A DNA stretch of 64,000 nt from a virus: the IMG/VR virus record IMGVR_UViG_3300038406_000196, positions 55,207 to 119,206 of that record; one strand, written 5' to 3'. Each line of letters opens with the position of its first letter. Positions within the stretch are counted from its first letter, which is position 1. The translations under genes and the position numbers were made by a program. The notes under the pieces are model-generated. The model searched no databases. It was not told the DNA's origin and saw nothing but the letters and a program-made list of their open reading frames with translations. This document shows, in pieces, positions 8,320 through 16,826 of this stretch.

Positions 8320-8531
8320 TCGCGGACCCGTGCCGGGACCATGTGGCCGGCACGGACCCGCTGCCCTGCGACACCCCGGGCGGGTTCCGGGTGGTGCACC
8401 TTGACGAGGCCGGCGAGGTGGAGCAGGTGGTGGAGCCGTACTGCGGCCACCACGCCAAGATGGCAGTCCAACAGGCGGAGCACGGCGGCGCGACCGCCGT
8501 TGACTACGAGCCGATCCCAACCGAGGAGTGA
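8307..8531 (+). CDS. Hypothetical protein
   Basis: Coupled to neighbours; Cys/His residues. Confidence 0.5.
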   Translation: MAGLIADPCRDHVAGTDPLPCDTPGGFRVVHLDEAGEVEQVVEPYCGHHAKMAVQQAEHGGATAVDYEPIPTEE

Positions 8532-9025
8532 TGACCATGGCATTCGACCTGAGCAGGTACCTGGCCGACCAGCACCACACCGGCTCCACCTGGTGGCTGT
8601 ACCGGTTCCCATCCGGCCGGTCCGCCTCGGTGGAACCTGACGCACGTCCGGAGCACCCGTTCCGGTTCGAGGTGCAGGTCGACGACCAGCAGCCCATGTC
8701 GGGGCTGACCTCCGATCAGGTGGAGGCGAAGCTGGCCGAGGTGTACGCCCTACCGAAGCCGGAGTTGATCGTGGCTTGGGTGAACGTGGACGAGCGGGGC
8801 CACCTGATCCCGTGGGGCGAGCGCATGAACGGCTCCACGGTCACGGTCGGCGACGACACGTGGTCGGTGCCGAACAAGGTGGAGCACGGCGGGGTGCTGT
8901 GGATGTCCCGTGTCAGCTACGCCCTGCGGGAGTTCGGCTGGCGGCCGGCGAACGGAGCAGACCATGACTTCACCCGGCCCGGCGTCATCGGGGTGCCGGT
9001 CGAGCGGATCGACACCAAGGAGTGA
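8528..9025 (+). CDS. Hypothetical protein
   Basis: GTGA overlap with upstream stop; gaggag RBS. Confidence 0.65.
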   Translation: MMTMAFDLSRYLADQHHTGSTWWLYRFPSGRSASVEPDARPEHPFRFEVQVDDQQPMSGLTSDQVEAKLAEVYALPKPELIVAWVNVDERGHLIPWGERMNGSTVTVGDDTWSVPNKVEHGGVLWMSRVSYALREFGWRPANGADHDFTRPGVIGVPVERIDTKE

Positions 9026-9035
9026 CCGAACAGGT

Positions 9036-9065
9036 ATAGCCGGTACCGGCAGTACCGGCTATGCT
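9036..9065 (+). promoter_or_regulatory. Operator inverted repeat overlapping the -10 of a leaderless XRE gene
   Basis: atagccggtac-N5-gtaccggctat; TATGCT 6 nt before ATG 9072. Confidence 0.6.
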
Positions 9066-9071
9066 CAGGTC

Positions 9072-9404
9072 ATGAGCACACCGCTAGGCGATCTGATCCG
9101 CCATAAGCGCAAGGACAAGGGCTGGACCCAAACCCAGCTCGCCGAACGCCTCCGCGTCCAACAGGTCACCGTCTCCGAGTGGGAGACCGGCAAAAACCAG
9201 CCGAGGGACATCACCGCCGTGATGAAGATCCTCGGCATCACCCACGACGAGTTCATGGCCGCAGTGGCGGCGATGGTCTACGACGACCCGGTGGTCATCC
9301 ACCTGTCGGCGACCACCGCGGTCAGCGCCGAGGTACGGGACGCACTGCTCACCCTGTACCGGGAAGCCGTCCAGGCGCACCGGACCAAGAACGACAAGGA
9401 GTGA
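9072..9404 (+). CDS. XRE/Cro-like HTH regulator
   Basis: LIRHKRKDKGWTQTQLAERLRVQQVTVSEWETG. Confidence 0.9.
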   Translation: MSTPLGDLIRHKRKDKGWTQTQLAERLRVQQVTVSEWETGKNQPRDITAVMKILGITHDEFMAAVAAMVYDDPVVIHLSATTAVSAEVRDALLTLYREAVQAHRTKNDKE

Positions 9405-9883
9405 TGACCATGACCACCACGCACGACCAGCCGCCGTTCATGAGCGAGAGCCTGCCCGGCACCAAGCCCGACCTGGAGGGCCTGGCCGTGGGCTCGGATG
9501 TCCTGGTGGTCCAGGCCAGCTACCACCGCCGAGCGATCAAGGGCGACGTGCAGCCGATCCGGGCCACGGTGACCAGCAAGGCCCGGGTGTGGATCGAGGC
9601 CCAGCAGGTCGACGGCGACCAGCGCTACCGGCGGTCCTGGCGGTTCCGGATGGACAACCAGACGGACGGCTCGGACAGCCACTACGCCGACCGGTTCTAC
9701 ACCCCCGACCAGTACCGGTTCCGCCAGGCATCGATCAGTGCCAGCGACTACCTGGCCGGCCAGGGTATCCGGATCGACTGGGACTCGCCCTGGAAAGACG
9801 AGGCCCGCACCATCGAGCTGGCCCGGATGATCTGGACCGCCGCCGCCATCGAGGCCAACGAACAGCAGGAAGGGAGGCGCTAA
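9404..9883 (+). CDS. Hypothetical protein
   Basis: TGATG coupling, aaggag RBS. Confidence 0.65.
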   Translation: MTMTTTHDQPPFMSESLPGTKPDLEGLAVGSDVLVVQASYHRRAIKGDVQPIRATVTSKARVWIEAQQVDGDQRYRRSWRFRMDNQTDGSDSHYADRFYTPDQYRFRQASISASDYLAGQGIRIDWDSPWKDEARTIELARMIWTAAAIEANEQQEGRR

Positions 9884-9885
9884 CC

Positions 9886-10173
9886 ATGGCGCAGAACGAG
9901 GAGACAGTGGAACTGGTGCGGCGGGCGCTGTCCAGGTGCGCCACCTCCCGCGGCTACCGGCTGCGGGACGAACGCGACCCGCTGGCCCGGGCAGTGGTGG
10001 GCGCGCTAGGCGAGACCGGCAAGCTTCGGCCCGAACCGGACCCGCTGCGGGAGCTGGCCGAATGGCTGGTGTCCCTCGACGACTGCCGGGATCTCGGCAC
10101 CGTCGAGAAGCGCACCGCCGCCATGGGCGAGGCGATTGCCCGTGCCCGGCAGGCACTGGGGAAGGAGGACTGA
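9886..10173 (+). CDS. Hypothetical protein
   Basis: gggagg RBS. Confidence 0.6.
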   Translation: MAQNEETVELVRRALSRCATSRGYRLRDERDPLARAVVGALGETGKLRPEPDPLRELAEWLVSLDDCRDLGTVEKRTAAMGEAIARARQALGKED

Positions 10174-10176
10174 CCG

Positions 10177-10368
10177 GTGGCGTGGGAGGACCGAACCCCA
10201 GCGCAGAAGCGTCAGGCCCGCCGCGAGGCGCGCGAGTACGCCCGCACCGACGACGACGTGAACTACATCGTCGTCACCGAGAAGGGCACCCGTATCCGGG
10301 TGCATGGCCGGAACAGCGCCAAGGCTGTAGCCGGCAAGCACGGAACGTACAAGCCCGAGGAGGACTGA
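10177..10368 (+). CDS. Hypothetical protein
   Basis: ggagg RBS, tight packing. Confidence 0.6.
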   Translation: MAWEDRTPAQKRQARREAREYARTDDDVNYIVVTEKGTRIRVHGRNSAKAVAGKHGTYKPEED

Positions 10369-10371
10369 GGG

Positions 10372-10626
10372 ATGCCCCAGAGCGACAAGGTACAGATCAA
10401 CGTCCAGGTGGAGACCAAGTCCACCACCGAGTACTGTGCTGCTGACCTTCCCGAGGGCAGCGTGGTGGCCACCGAGGGCAAGGCGTATGTACGGGCCACG
10501 GACGGCGCCCCGGAAGGTGCCCCGTGGCGCGGCACCAACGGCGGCTACTTCGGCGACTGGAAGGTAGACGAGGAGCTGGCCAACGGCGCGCAGGTGCTCA
10601 GGGTGGGCACCGGAGCGGGGGGCTGA
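10372..10626 (+). CDS. Hypothetical protein
   Basis: Tight packing, codon pattern. Confidence 0.6.
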   Translation: MPQSDKVQINVQVETKSTTEYCAADLPEGSVVATEGKAYVRATDGAPEGAPWRGTNGGYFGDWKVDEELANGAQVLRVGTGAGG

Positions 10627-10629
10627 GGG

Positions 10630-10785
10630 ATGAAGCGACAGAAGCGCCAGGACCCAGAGCGGTCGCTGGTGGCCGCAGTTGGAGAGCAGGTTGTCACGGT
10701 CCTGGTCTACGCAGTTGTGACTGGAGTGGCTGTGCTGGTGGTCGTGTACGTGGGGTCCGCCCTGGTGTCGCTGGTGGGGGGCTGA
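10630..10785 (+). CDS. Small membrane protein (not in the ORF track)
   Basis: MKRQKRQDPERSLVAAVGEQ followed by a Val-rich TM segment; fills the gap exactly. Confidence 0.55.
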   Translation: MKRQKRQDPERSLVAAVGEQVVTVLVYAVVTGVAVLVVVYVGSALVSLVGG

Positions 10786-10788
10786 GCG

Positions 10789-11091
10789 GTGGAGATGACC
10801 ACCGACCAGGTTCGGCTCCGGGTGGCGATCCGGGGGGACCTGCTACGCACCCTCGAACGCGCCGCCAGCCAGCGCAATCAGCGGGAGGACCTGGTAGACG
10901 GCCAACCCGGCTGGGTCGGCCACGAGCGGCGGGCGATGCACGAGGCGGTGAACCGGTGGCGGCACAGGCTGGCGCTGCCGCCGGTGCCGCTGGTCGAGAT
11001 CGAGCGTGTCGAGCGCGCCGCGGAGGGTCACATCGACTACGCGTGGAAGTCCGCGCTCCGCTGCGCCGACCTTGCCGCCGGGGAGGGCTGA
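10789..11091 (+). CDS. Hypothetical protein
   Basis: Tight packing; AEGHIDYAWKSALRCA. Confidence 0.65.
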   Translation: MEMTTDQVRLRVAIRGDLLRTLERAASQRNQREDLVDGQPGWVGHERRAMHEAVNRWRHRLALPPVPLVEIERVERAAEGHIDYAWKSALRCADLAAGEG

Positions 11092-11094
11092 GGG

Positions 11095-11379
11095 GTGGTC
11101 CTGACCAAGCGTCACATGTCCGTGCTGGAGTTGGTGGCCAGGGGTGCGATCACCCAACGGTTCCTGGCCATCTCGCTACGGCTACGTCCGGAAGGGCGCG
11201 GCTACGAGCAAGCCGTGGCGGCGAGGGAGCTTGCCGAGGCGGGCTATCTTCGACCGCCGGTGCGGTTCGCCCGACTGCTGCACCGCCGCTGCCCGGCTGT
11301 GTTCACCGCGCGCGGCTGGCACGCGTTCAACGACGCCAAGCTCCGCGAGGGCCAGGCGCTACCGCAGCGGGAGGGCTGA
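11095..11379 (+). CDS. Hypothetical protein (possible winged helix)
   Basis: LTKRHMSVLELVA...FTARG. Confidence 0.5.
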   Translation: MVLTKRHMSVLELVARGAITQRFLAISLRLRPEGRGYEQAVAARELAEAGYLRPPVRFARLLHRRCPAVFTARGWHAFNDAKLREGQALPQREG

Positions 11380-11382
11380 ACT

Positions 11383-11598
11383 GTGCTCGGGCGACTGATC
11401 GAGACGGTGGCGTACTACGCGCACCCAGCGAGGCTGGCATGCCGGATCTCGGGCACCGAGTGGTCCGAGAACTGGCGTTCGTGGCCCCACTGCAACACCC
11501 AGGGCGGCTGCTGGATGCACGTCTCGGCGAGGTGGTGCCGCTGCGCGTGTCGCTGGTGTCGGTTGGCGAGGAAGATCCGGCGGCATCTGCCGTGCTAG
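11383..11598 (+). CDS. Cys/Trp-rich hypothetical protein
   Basis: gggagg RBS; several Cys. Confidence 0.45.
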   Translation: MLGRLIETVAYYAHPARLACRISGTEWSENWRSWPHCNTQGGCWMHVSARWCRCACRWCRLARKIRRHLPC

Positions 11599-12327
11599 CC
11601 CGCGGTCATGCGATCTCCGGTGCGGCGGGCGGCTGGGCCTCGTTGCCCAGCCGGCCCGCTGCTCGGTTTCGACCCGACACCGTTGCAGATCGTGGCCGGG
11701 ACGGTCGTAGCCACCGGGGCGAGCCTGGTACCCGACATCGACCATCCCAGCTCGACGGCGGCCCGGTCGCTGGGCCCGGTGACCCGCATCGCCGCGCGCT
11801 TCGTGTCCTACCTCAGCGATGCGGTGCGGGATGGCACCTGCGGATGCTGCGACACCCCCGGAACCCACGGACATCGCACGTTGACCCACACCGCGCTGTT
11901 CGCAGTCGCTGCCGGTGCCGGCATCTCGGCCGCCGGCTGGCGTTGGGGCACCACCGCCGCCGCGATCGTCGTCGGAGTGGCGGCCGGTTTGGCGGTGCTC
12001 GGGCTGTTGGCCCGGCGCGGGGTGTGGCTCACCGCCGCCCTCGCCGGGACCGCGGCCGGCCTGTCCGTCCACTGGCTGGGCGGGGACGGCTGGTGGTGGC
12101 TCGGCGTGCCGGCGGGCTGGGGTGTGCTCTGCCATGCGGTGGGCGACGGGCTGACCGAGAGCGGTGTCCCGCTGTGGTGGCCGCTGCGGATCTCCGGCTG
12201 CCGGTGGAAGCGGGTGGGCTCCCCCAAGTGGCTCCGGTTCAAGACCGGCGGCTGGTTCGAGAGGCTGCTGTCGGTGGCGATGGTGGCCGGTGGCGGGTTC
12301 GCCGGCTGGGTGCTGTTGACCGGCTGA
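11592..12327 (+). pseudogene. YdjM-like membrane metal-dependent hydrolase with a frameshift near 11640-11660
   Basis: N-terminal VLARGHAISG lies in one frame; PDIDH, HRTLTHT and HAVGDGLTESGVP motifs lie in another. Confidence 0.7.
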
Positions 12328-12367
12328 GCACTGCGGGCCGGGCTGTCGGCGGTGCAATTGCCTCCTA

Positions 12368-12430
12368 AAACCTGTCTAGAACCCTTGCGCATTTCCGTGG
12401 ACTATGGTTTCATTGGTTGTAGACAGGTTT
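12368..12430. promoter_or_regulatory. AT-rich promoter region bracketed by a 16-bp inverted repeat
   Basis: aaacctgtctagaacc / ggttgtagacaggttt (1 mismatch). Confidence 0.5.
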
Positions 12431-12441
12431 CAGGAGGAGCG

Positions 12442-12798
12442 ATGACCACCACCACCGAAATCCCCCCGGCGATCCGCCACTGGCTCGACAAGCGCACCAT
12501 CTGCACCGTCCACTGGATCACCCAGGACGGCCAGGAACACCACGTACTCGCCCCCACCAAAGGCTGGGGACGCACCCCCAACGGCACGCCGATGCTGGTC
12601 CTCGGCACCAAGCCGAAGCCGACCCACGTCCCCGCCGCCGCACTGCAGCGGTGGCTTGACCGCCAGACCGTCGCCACCCGGCCCGCGCTCCCGGCGACCG
12701 AGCGGTGCCAGGACTGCGGCAAGCCGCTGGGCACCGGCCCGAACGGCCACATGGACGAGCATGCGAGCGCTCCCGGCTACTGCTACGACTGCGTGTGA
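12442..12798 (+). CDS. Hypothetical protein with C-terminal CxxC...CxxC
   Basis: aggaggag RBS. Confidence 0.65.
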   Translation: MTTTTEIPPAIRHWLDKRTICTVHWITQDGQEHHVLAPTKGWGRTPNGTPMLVLGTKPKPTHVPAAALQRWLDRQTVATRPALPATERCQDCGKPLGTGPNGHMDEHASAPGYCYDCV

Positions 12799-12806
12799 GG
12801 GGGACC

Positions 12807-13337
12807 ATGACGATCAAGGAGTACCTGAGCATGGCCGACATCGCCGAGGCGGAGGGTGTGGACGTGGCCACGGTGTCGAAGTGGCGCGACCGGTTCGCCG
12901 ACTTTCCGGCTCCGGACATCCGCCTCGGCAGGCGGGGCCAGTGGCCCGGCTGGGACGAGTCCCGGCTGCCCGAGATCTCCGCCTGGCGGGAGAACCGCCA
13001 CGGGCAGGGCGGCCGGCCCCGGCACATCACCGTGGACGAAGCCCACGCCATCGGCCTGCCGCTGGCCGAGTGGATCGCCGCGGGCTCGACCCCCACCGAG
13101 CGGACCCGCCGCCTCGAACGGCTCCACCAGGCGACCGACCAACCGGCGGCACTGGCCGCCATCCTGGACGCCGCCAAGGTGCAGCCGCCGAACCAGCACG
13201 TGGCACTCGTGCTGACCAAGCCCGCCGGCAACCAGGCCGGTGACTACGCCCGTGGTCTCGTCCTGACCGCCACGCTGGAGCACATCGCGCAGTTTCGTCC
13301 CTACCCGCAGTTCGCCGTACCCACCACCGAGGAGTGA
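12807..13337 (+). CDS. AlpA/MerR-like HTH protein
   Basis: YLSMADIAEAEGVDVATVSKWRDRFADFPAPD. Confidence 0.75.
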   Translation: MTIKEYLSMADIAEAEGVDVATVSKWRDRFADFPAPDIRLGRRGQWPGWDESRLPEISAWRENRHGQGGRPRHITVDEAHAIGLPLAEWIAAGSTPTERTRRLERLHQATDQPAALAAILDAAKVQPPNQHVALVLTKPAGNQAGDYARGLVLTATLEHIAQFRPYPQFAVPTTEE

Positions 13338-13783
13338 TTTTGATGGTACGAAGCCCCGAGTCCGCCAGCACGCCGATCAGCGGCTGGAAGTACCAGCACG
13401 GCAACCCGCAAGACCGTAACGACTTTCAGGACTACACCGCTGGCGAGCTGCGAGAGCTGGAGCGCGAGGGCGACCTCGACTTCGCCGACCACCCGGCGCT
13501 GCAGCCGGCCCGTCCACCGACAGCCAAGCTGCGCGAGCTGGCCCGCCTTGCCCTGGTCTACGACGACGACGAGGGGCCGTACCGCGGGTACCTCCACGCC
13601 ACGTACCCCCGGCTGCACGGCCTCTACAACGCCGCACGCTGGCTTGGCCAGGCGTGGCGGACGCCGGAGACGGAGGACCTGGACGACCTGCACCTGGACA
13701 AGGTCGAGCCCGCGGATCTGCTGATGGACGAGTGGCGCAAGGCGGTGCAGCGGATCGCCGACGGCCAGCTGCCGGAGGGGTGA
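13334..13783 (+). CDS. Hypothetical protein
   Basis: GTGA overlap, gaggag RBS. Confidence 0.6.
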   Translation: MILMVRSPESASTPISGWKYQHGNPQDRNDFQDYTAGELRELEREGDLDFADHPALQPARPPTAKLRELARLALVYDDDEGPYRGYLHATYPRLHGLYNAARWLGQAWRTPETEDLDDLHLDKVEPADLLMDEWRKAVQRIADGQLPEG

Positions 13784-13873
13784 CACTGCCTGACTGCTCA
13801 ACTCTGCTGGCCCCGCGCCCCGTCTGGGTTGTTCACCCAGGCGGGGCGCTCCCGTCTCCGATGCCGTTGTGTC

Positions 13874-14059
13874 TTACCGCTGCCCCTGGGGACGCTCGAC
13901 CAGCGCCGCATCAGCCACCGGCACGGGAACGACTGCGGCCACTCGACGACCGCGATGAGTCACGTAGGTGGTCCGCCCGTACACCGCTGCCTCGTTGATT
14001 ACATCGGCCAGGCTGGCGCGTATCTCTCGGGTGCTCATCTCGGCGGGAGGCTGGGGCAT
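13874..14059 (-). CDS. Phd/YefM-family antitoxin-like protein
   Basis: STREIRASLADVINEA...TYVTHRGRRVAAVVP. Confidence 0.85.
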   Translation of the reverse strand: MPQPPAEMSTREIRASLADVINEAAVYGRTTYVTHRGRRVAAVVPVPVADAALVERPQGQR

Positions 14060-14096
14060 GACACCAAGGGTACTACGTGTACACTGGTGTCATGCC
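14055..14096. promoter_or_regulatory. Symmetric divergent promoter/operator
   Basis: Perfect 12-bp IR ggcatgacacca/tggtgtcatgcc containing both divergent ATGs. Confidence 0.55.
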
Positions 14097-14424
14097 TTGC
14101 GACGCCGTCCAGCCGATGACCGTCTACGTGTTCAGGGTTGGCTGCTACGCGAAGATCGGGCGAACCAACGACATACGGCGCCGCCTCGCCGAGGTGAGCG
14201 CACGCACGCCGGGGTGCCTATACCCATCTGACCTTGACGCTGGCGACGCCACGCTCGAAGGCTTCATGTACGGCGACGAAGAGGTCGAACGCGCCATCCA
14301 GGACGCTTTCAGCGATCTGCACGTCATGGGTGAGTGGTTCCGTTACGACGAACGTCTCGGGAAGTGGGCTCAACGGCGGAGGCAGACTCTCCCGCCGTTA
14401 CCGGGGCAACCGATCCGATTCTGA
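14092..14424 (+). CDS. GIY-YIG superfamily (T5orf172-like) protein
   Basis: VYVF...KIGRTNDIRRRL...ERAIQDAF...GEWF; start may be 14116. Confidence 0.8.
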   Translation: MPCDAVQPMTVYVFRVGCYAKIGRTNDIRRRLAEVSARTPGCLYPSDLDAGDATLEGFMYGDEEVERAIQDAFSDLHVMGEWFRYDERLGKWAQRRRQTLPPLPGQPIRF

Positions 14425-14437
14425 GAGAGGTTCTTTC

Positions 14438-14617
14438 ATGCCACGCACTGGACCGCGGAAGCCACTGGTCGCCTTCCGCATGAGCGATGAGGGGCGTGCG
14501 TGGGCGGATCACCGAGCCCGCGAGGAGGGCGTGGACCGGTCGGAGTTGGTGCGGATCGCGATCGAGTACGCACAGCGAAACATGCCGGCCGGCTGGCGCC
14601 CTGATGGCGATCAGTGA
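14438..14617 (+). CDS. Ribbon-helix-helix (CopG-like) protein
   Basis: VAFRMSDE...AREEGVDRSELVRIAIEY. Confidence 0.75.
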   Translation: MPRTGPRKPLVAFRMSDEGRAWADHRAREEGVDRSELVRIAIEYAQRNMPAGWRPDGDQ

Positions 14618-14696
14618 GCCCAACCGGTCGGAGATGATCCGGATCGCGCTGGCCTACGCCGCCCGGCACATGCCGAAGGGATGGCGACCAGAGTGA
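14604..14696 (+). pseudogene. Remnant copy of the C-terminal half of the RHH gene
   Basis: NRSEMIRIALAYAARHMPKGWRP vs DRSELVRIAIEYAQRNMPAGWRP. Confidence 0.6.
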
Positions 14697-15397
14697 CGAC
14701 AACATCCGGTGATTCCATCGCGGATCTGATCCACCGAGACATTGAGGCCGTCATCAGGCCAGTGATCAACCACGCCCTGCGGAAGCAGCAGCGGTGGAAC
14801 GAACTGCTGCCCGATCCTGCATTCCACACTTACGCTCGGGTCAAGTGGTGGAGTCTCGGCTGCCTGATCGGTTGCGCCGTATTGCTACTCGTTGGCCTCG
14901 TGGCCGACCTGTGGTTGGCGGTAGTCCTCGCCGCCGGAACCGGCGTTGTTGTGGCCGCGGCCGTCTTCCTCCTCTCGGCTGGCTGCCTGTGGGGCTATAT
15001 ACGTGGTTTCAAGGAACGCGAACTGATCGAGTCGAGGAGCCGCATAGAGGCGGACCTACGGACGTGGCTCGACCTGCCTAGGGCGCCCGACGGCCACGGT
15101 CACCTGTACGTGATCCAGTTCTCCAACTACGTGATCAAGGTTGGGCAGACCAACCACATCGCCCGGCGCCTACCCGAGCACCGCCACGACGCCCGGACCT
15201 TCGACCTGACGATCACCAAGGTCTGGACCTCGCCGGCCCATGCGGACTACCTCGGCAATGAGACTCGCCTGCTTGTAGCGGTTGCGAAGATGCACGACGC
15301 AGGCAGGGCCAAGCGCGAGTACTTCCACGACGCGGAGTTCGACAAGGTAGTCACGCTGGCCGAGTCTCTAGTCGGTGCCGCGGTTCCGGCGACGTAG
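14693..15397 (+). CDS. Two-TM protein fused to a GIY-YIG/T5orf172-like domain
   Basis: Hydrophobic pair then GHLYVIQF...IKVGQT...RRLPEH...REYF. Confidence 0.7.
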   Translation: MTTTSGDSIADLIHRDIEAVIRPVINHALRKQQRWNELLPDPAFHTYARVKWWSLGCLIGCAVLLLVGLVADLWLAVVLAAGTGVVVAAAVFLLSAGCLWGYIRGFKERELIESRSRIEADLRTWLDLPRAPDGHGHLYVIQFSNYVIKVGQTNHIARRLPEHRHDARTFDLTITKVWTSPAHADYLGNETRLLVAVAKMHDAGRAKREYFHDAEFDKVVTLAESLVGAAVPAT

Positions 15398-15619
15398 CTC
15401 CTCCAGCGCGGCTTCTCTCGCATCGCCGGCCGGCATGGCCAGCACGGCGGCTAGGGCTTGCACGGAGTCCTCGGCAACCCGCCGATGCCCTTTGGCCATC
15501 CGGTATGAGCGGAGCAGGCCCTCGTCGGCGTAACGGCGGACCGTCTCTGTGTGGACGCCGCCGAGGATGCGGGCGGCAGCCCCGACCGTGAGCCACCTCG
15601 TGCCGCCGTCGCTCACCAC
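15368..15619 (-). CDS. MerR-like/Xis (BldC-like) HTH protein
   Basis: WLTVGAAARILGGVHTETVRRYADEGLL...GHRRV; gaggagg RBS. Confidence 0.85.
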   Translation of the reverse strand: MVSDGGTRWLTVGAAARILGGVHTETVRRYADEGLLRSYRMAKGHRRVAEDSVQALAAVLAMPAGDAREAALEELRRRNRGTD

Positions 15620-15633
15620 CCGACGTGATCCTC

Positions 15634-15765
15634 CTCGCAGGTCTCGCGAGTCTCGCGAGTTGCCCAATGATCGCAGACCTCGCTCTCCTGCGCGAGCACC
15701 GGCATGTCCAACCGAGCTGGAATCCTCACACGCCTCGCGGCTCTCACTAGACTCGCAATCCTCAC
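15634..15765. repeat. Two arrays of CTCRC with exact 9-bp period
   Basis: CTCGC at 15634/15643/15652; CTCRC at 15725/15734/15743/15752/15761. Confidence 0.75.
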
Positions 15766-15776
15766 TATCTTCTGCC

Positions 15777-16826
15777 ATGATGGTCAACGTGACTGACCCC
15801 CGACCGGATACCCGAACCGGACACCCGACCGCCGCCGCCCCGGATAGCCGGCCCGGTGTCCGGATGCTGCGCTTCACCCCACCCGGCGCCGCACTCGCCG
15901 TGGCGTTCGTCCTCCAGGTCGTCCTCATCACAGACCTGGTCGGCACCCAGCTGGCGGATAGGCAGGCGGATACCGGGCCGCCGTGGATCTGGTACACGCT
16001 CGCCGGGACGCTCGGGGTGGCCGTCGCGACCTCCATCGAGATGGCCGCCGCCTATCTGATGTGGCTGTACGACCAGCACCTGCGCAAGCGCGACAGCGTG
16101 TGGCAGCTGCGCCTCGGGATGGTCGGCTACGTGGCCGTATCCGCCATGGCCATCCACTGGTGGCTCGGATACCGCGGCCTGCCGGAACTGATCGCCTGGG
16201 TCCTGGCCGGCATGTCCGGCTCGTCGCTGTGGCTGTGGTCTCGCGGGTCTCGCTGGTCGCAGCGGCAGGAGATGCTTTCCGCAGGTCAGATCGACCCCGC
16301 CCTACCCCGGCTCCCCACCGCGGCGAAGCTGCTGCACCCTATCCGGTCGGTCATCACCACGTTCCTGATCTCGTGGGAGCCGGTATCCACCGTTGATGAG
16401 GCTCGGGCGCGGTACGAGTCGTGGCGGATAGGGCCGCACTGGTGGCTCCGGACACCCGCCGTACCCACCGAGGCGGATAGGCAAGCCCAGCGCAACGGTG
16501 ATGCGGTCACCGTCCGGCCGGATACCGACGCCGGACAGGAGCCGGACTCCCCCCTGGCTCCTGTCCGGAGCATCAACAGCCGGACAGGCCGGAACCGGCC
16601 GCGCCGGGCGGCCCGTGAGGTATCCGACGAGGAGCTGGCGCGCGAGCTGGATAGGAGTTTCCCGGACAGGGTGCCCGGTGTGCCGACGGCTATGCCGCAT
16701 CTCCGGAAGGTCTTCGGTTCGTGTTCCCGTGACCGGGCATCGGCGGCTGTCCGGCGGCTATCCGGTTGGCGTGACAGCGGACAGGTCGACACAGACGACG
16801 AGGAGCCTGAGGTGGTAGCGGCATGA
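15777..16826 (+). CDS. SpdB/DUF2637-like membrane protein with C-terminal HTH-like domain
   Basis: Four TM helices, Pro/Arg linker, helical C-terminal domain; first gene of the FtsK operon. Confidence 0.65.
   Translation: MMVNVTDPRPDTRTGHPTAAAPDSRPGVRMLRFTPPGAALAVAFVLQVVLITDLVGTQLADRQADTGPPWIWYTLAGTLGVAVATSIEMAAAYLMWLYDQHLRKRDSVWQLRLGMVGYVAVSAMAIHWWLGYRGLPELIAWVLAGMSGSSLWLWSRGSRWSQRQEMLSAGQIDPALPRLPTAAKLLHPIRSVITTFLISWEPVSTVDEARARYESWRIGPHWWLRTPAVPTEADRQAQRNGDAVTVRPDTDAGQEPDSPLAPVRSINSRTGRNRPRRAAREVSDEELARELDRSFPDRVPGVPTAMPHLRKVFGSCSRDRASAAVRRLSGWRDSGQVDTDDEEPEVVAA
15804..16784. repeat. About 24 dispersed SCGGAYAS-type octamers within the coding sequence
   Basis: e.g. 15804, 15817, 15840, 15954, 15966, 16424, 16448, 16473, 16518, 16531, 16580, 16662, 16777 forward; 15856, 16137, 16339, 16561, 16747, 16758 reverse. 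Confidence 0.75.

Noticed and set aside
10524-12368. 614-aa ORF
   Set aside because: Off-frame shadow over several real genes; only the short segment at 11592-11650 looks like true coding sequence.
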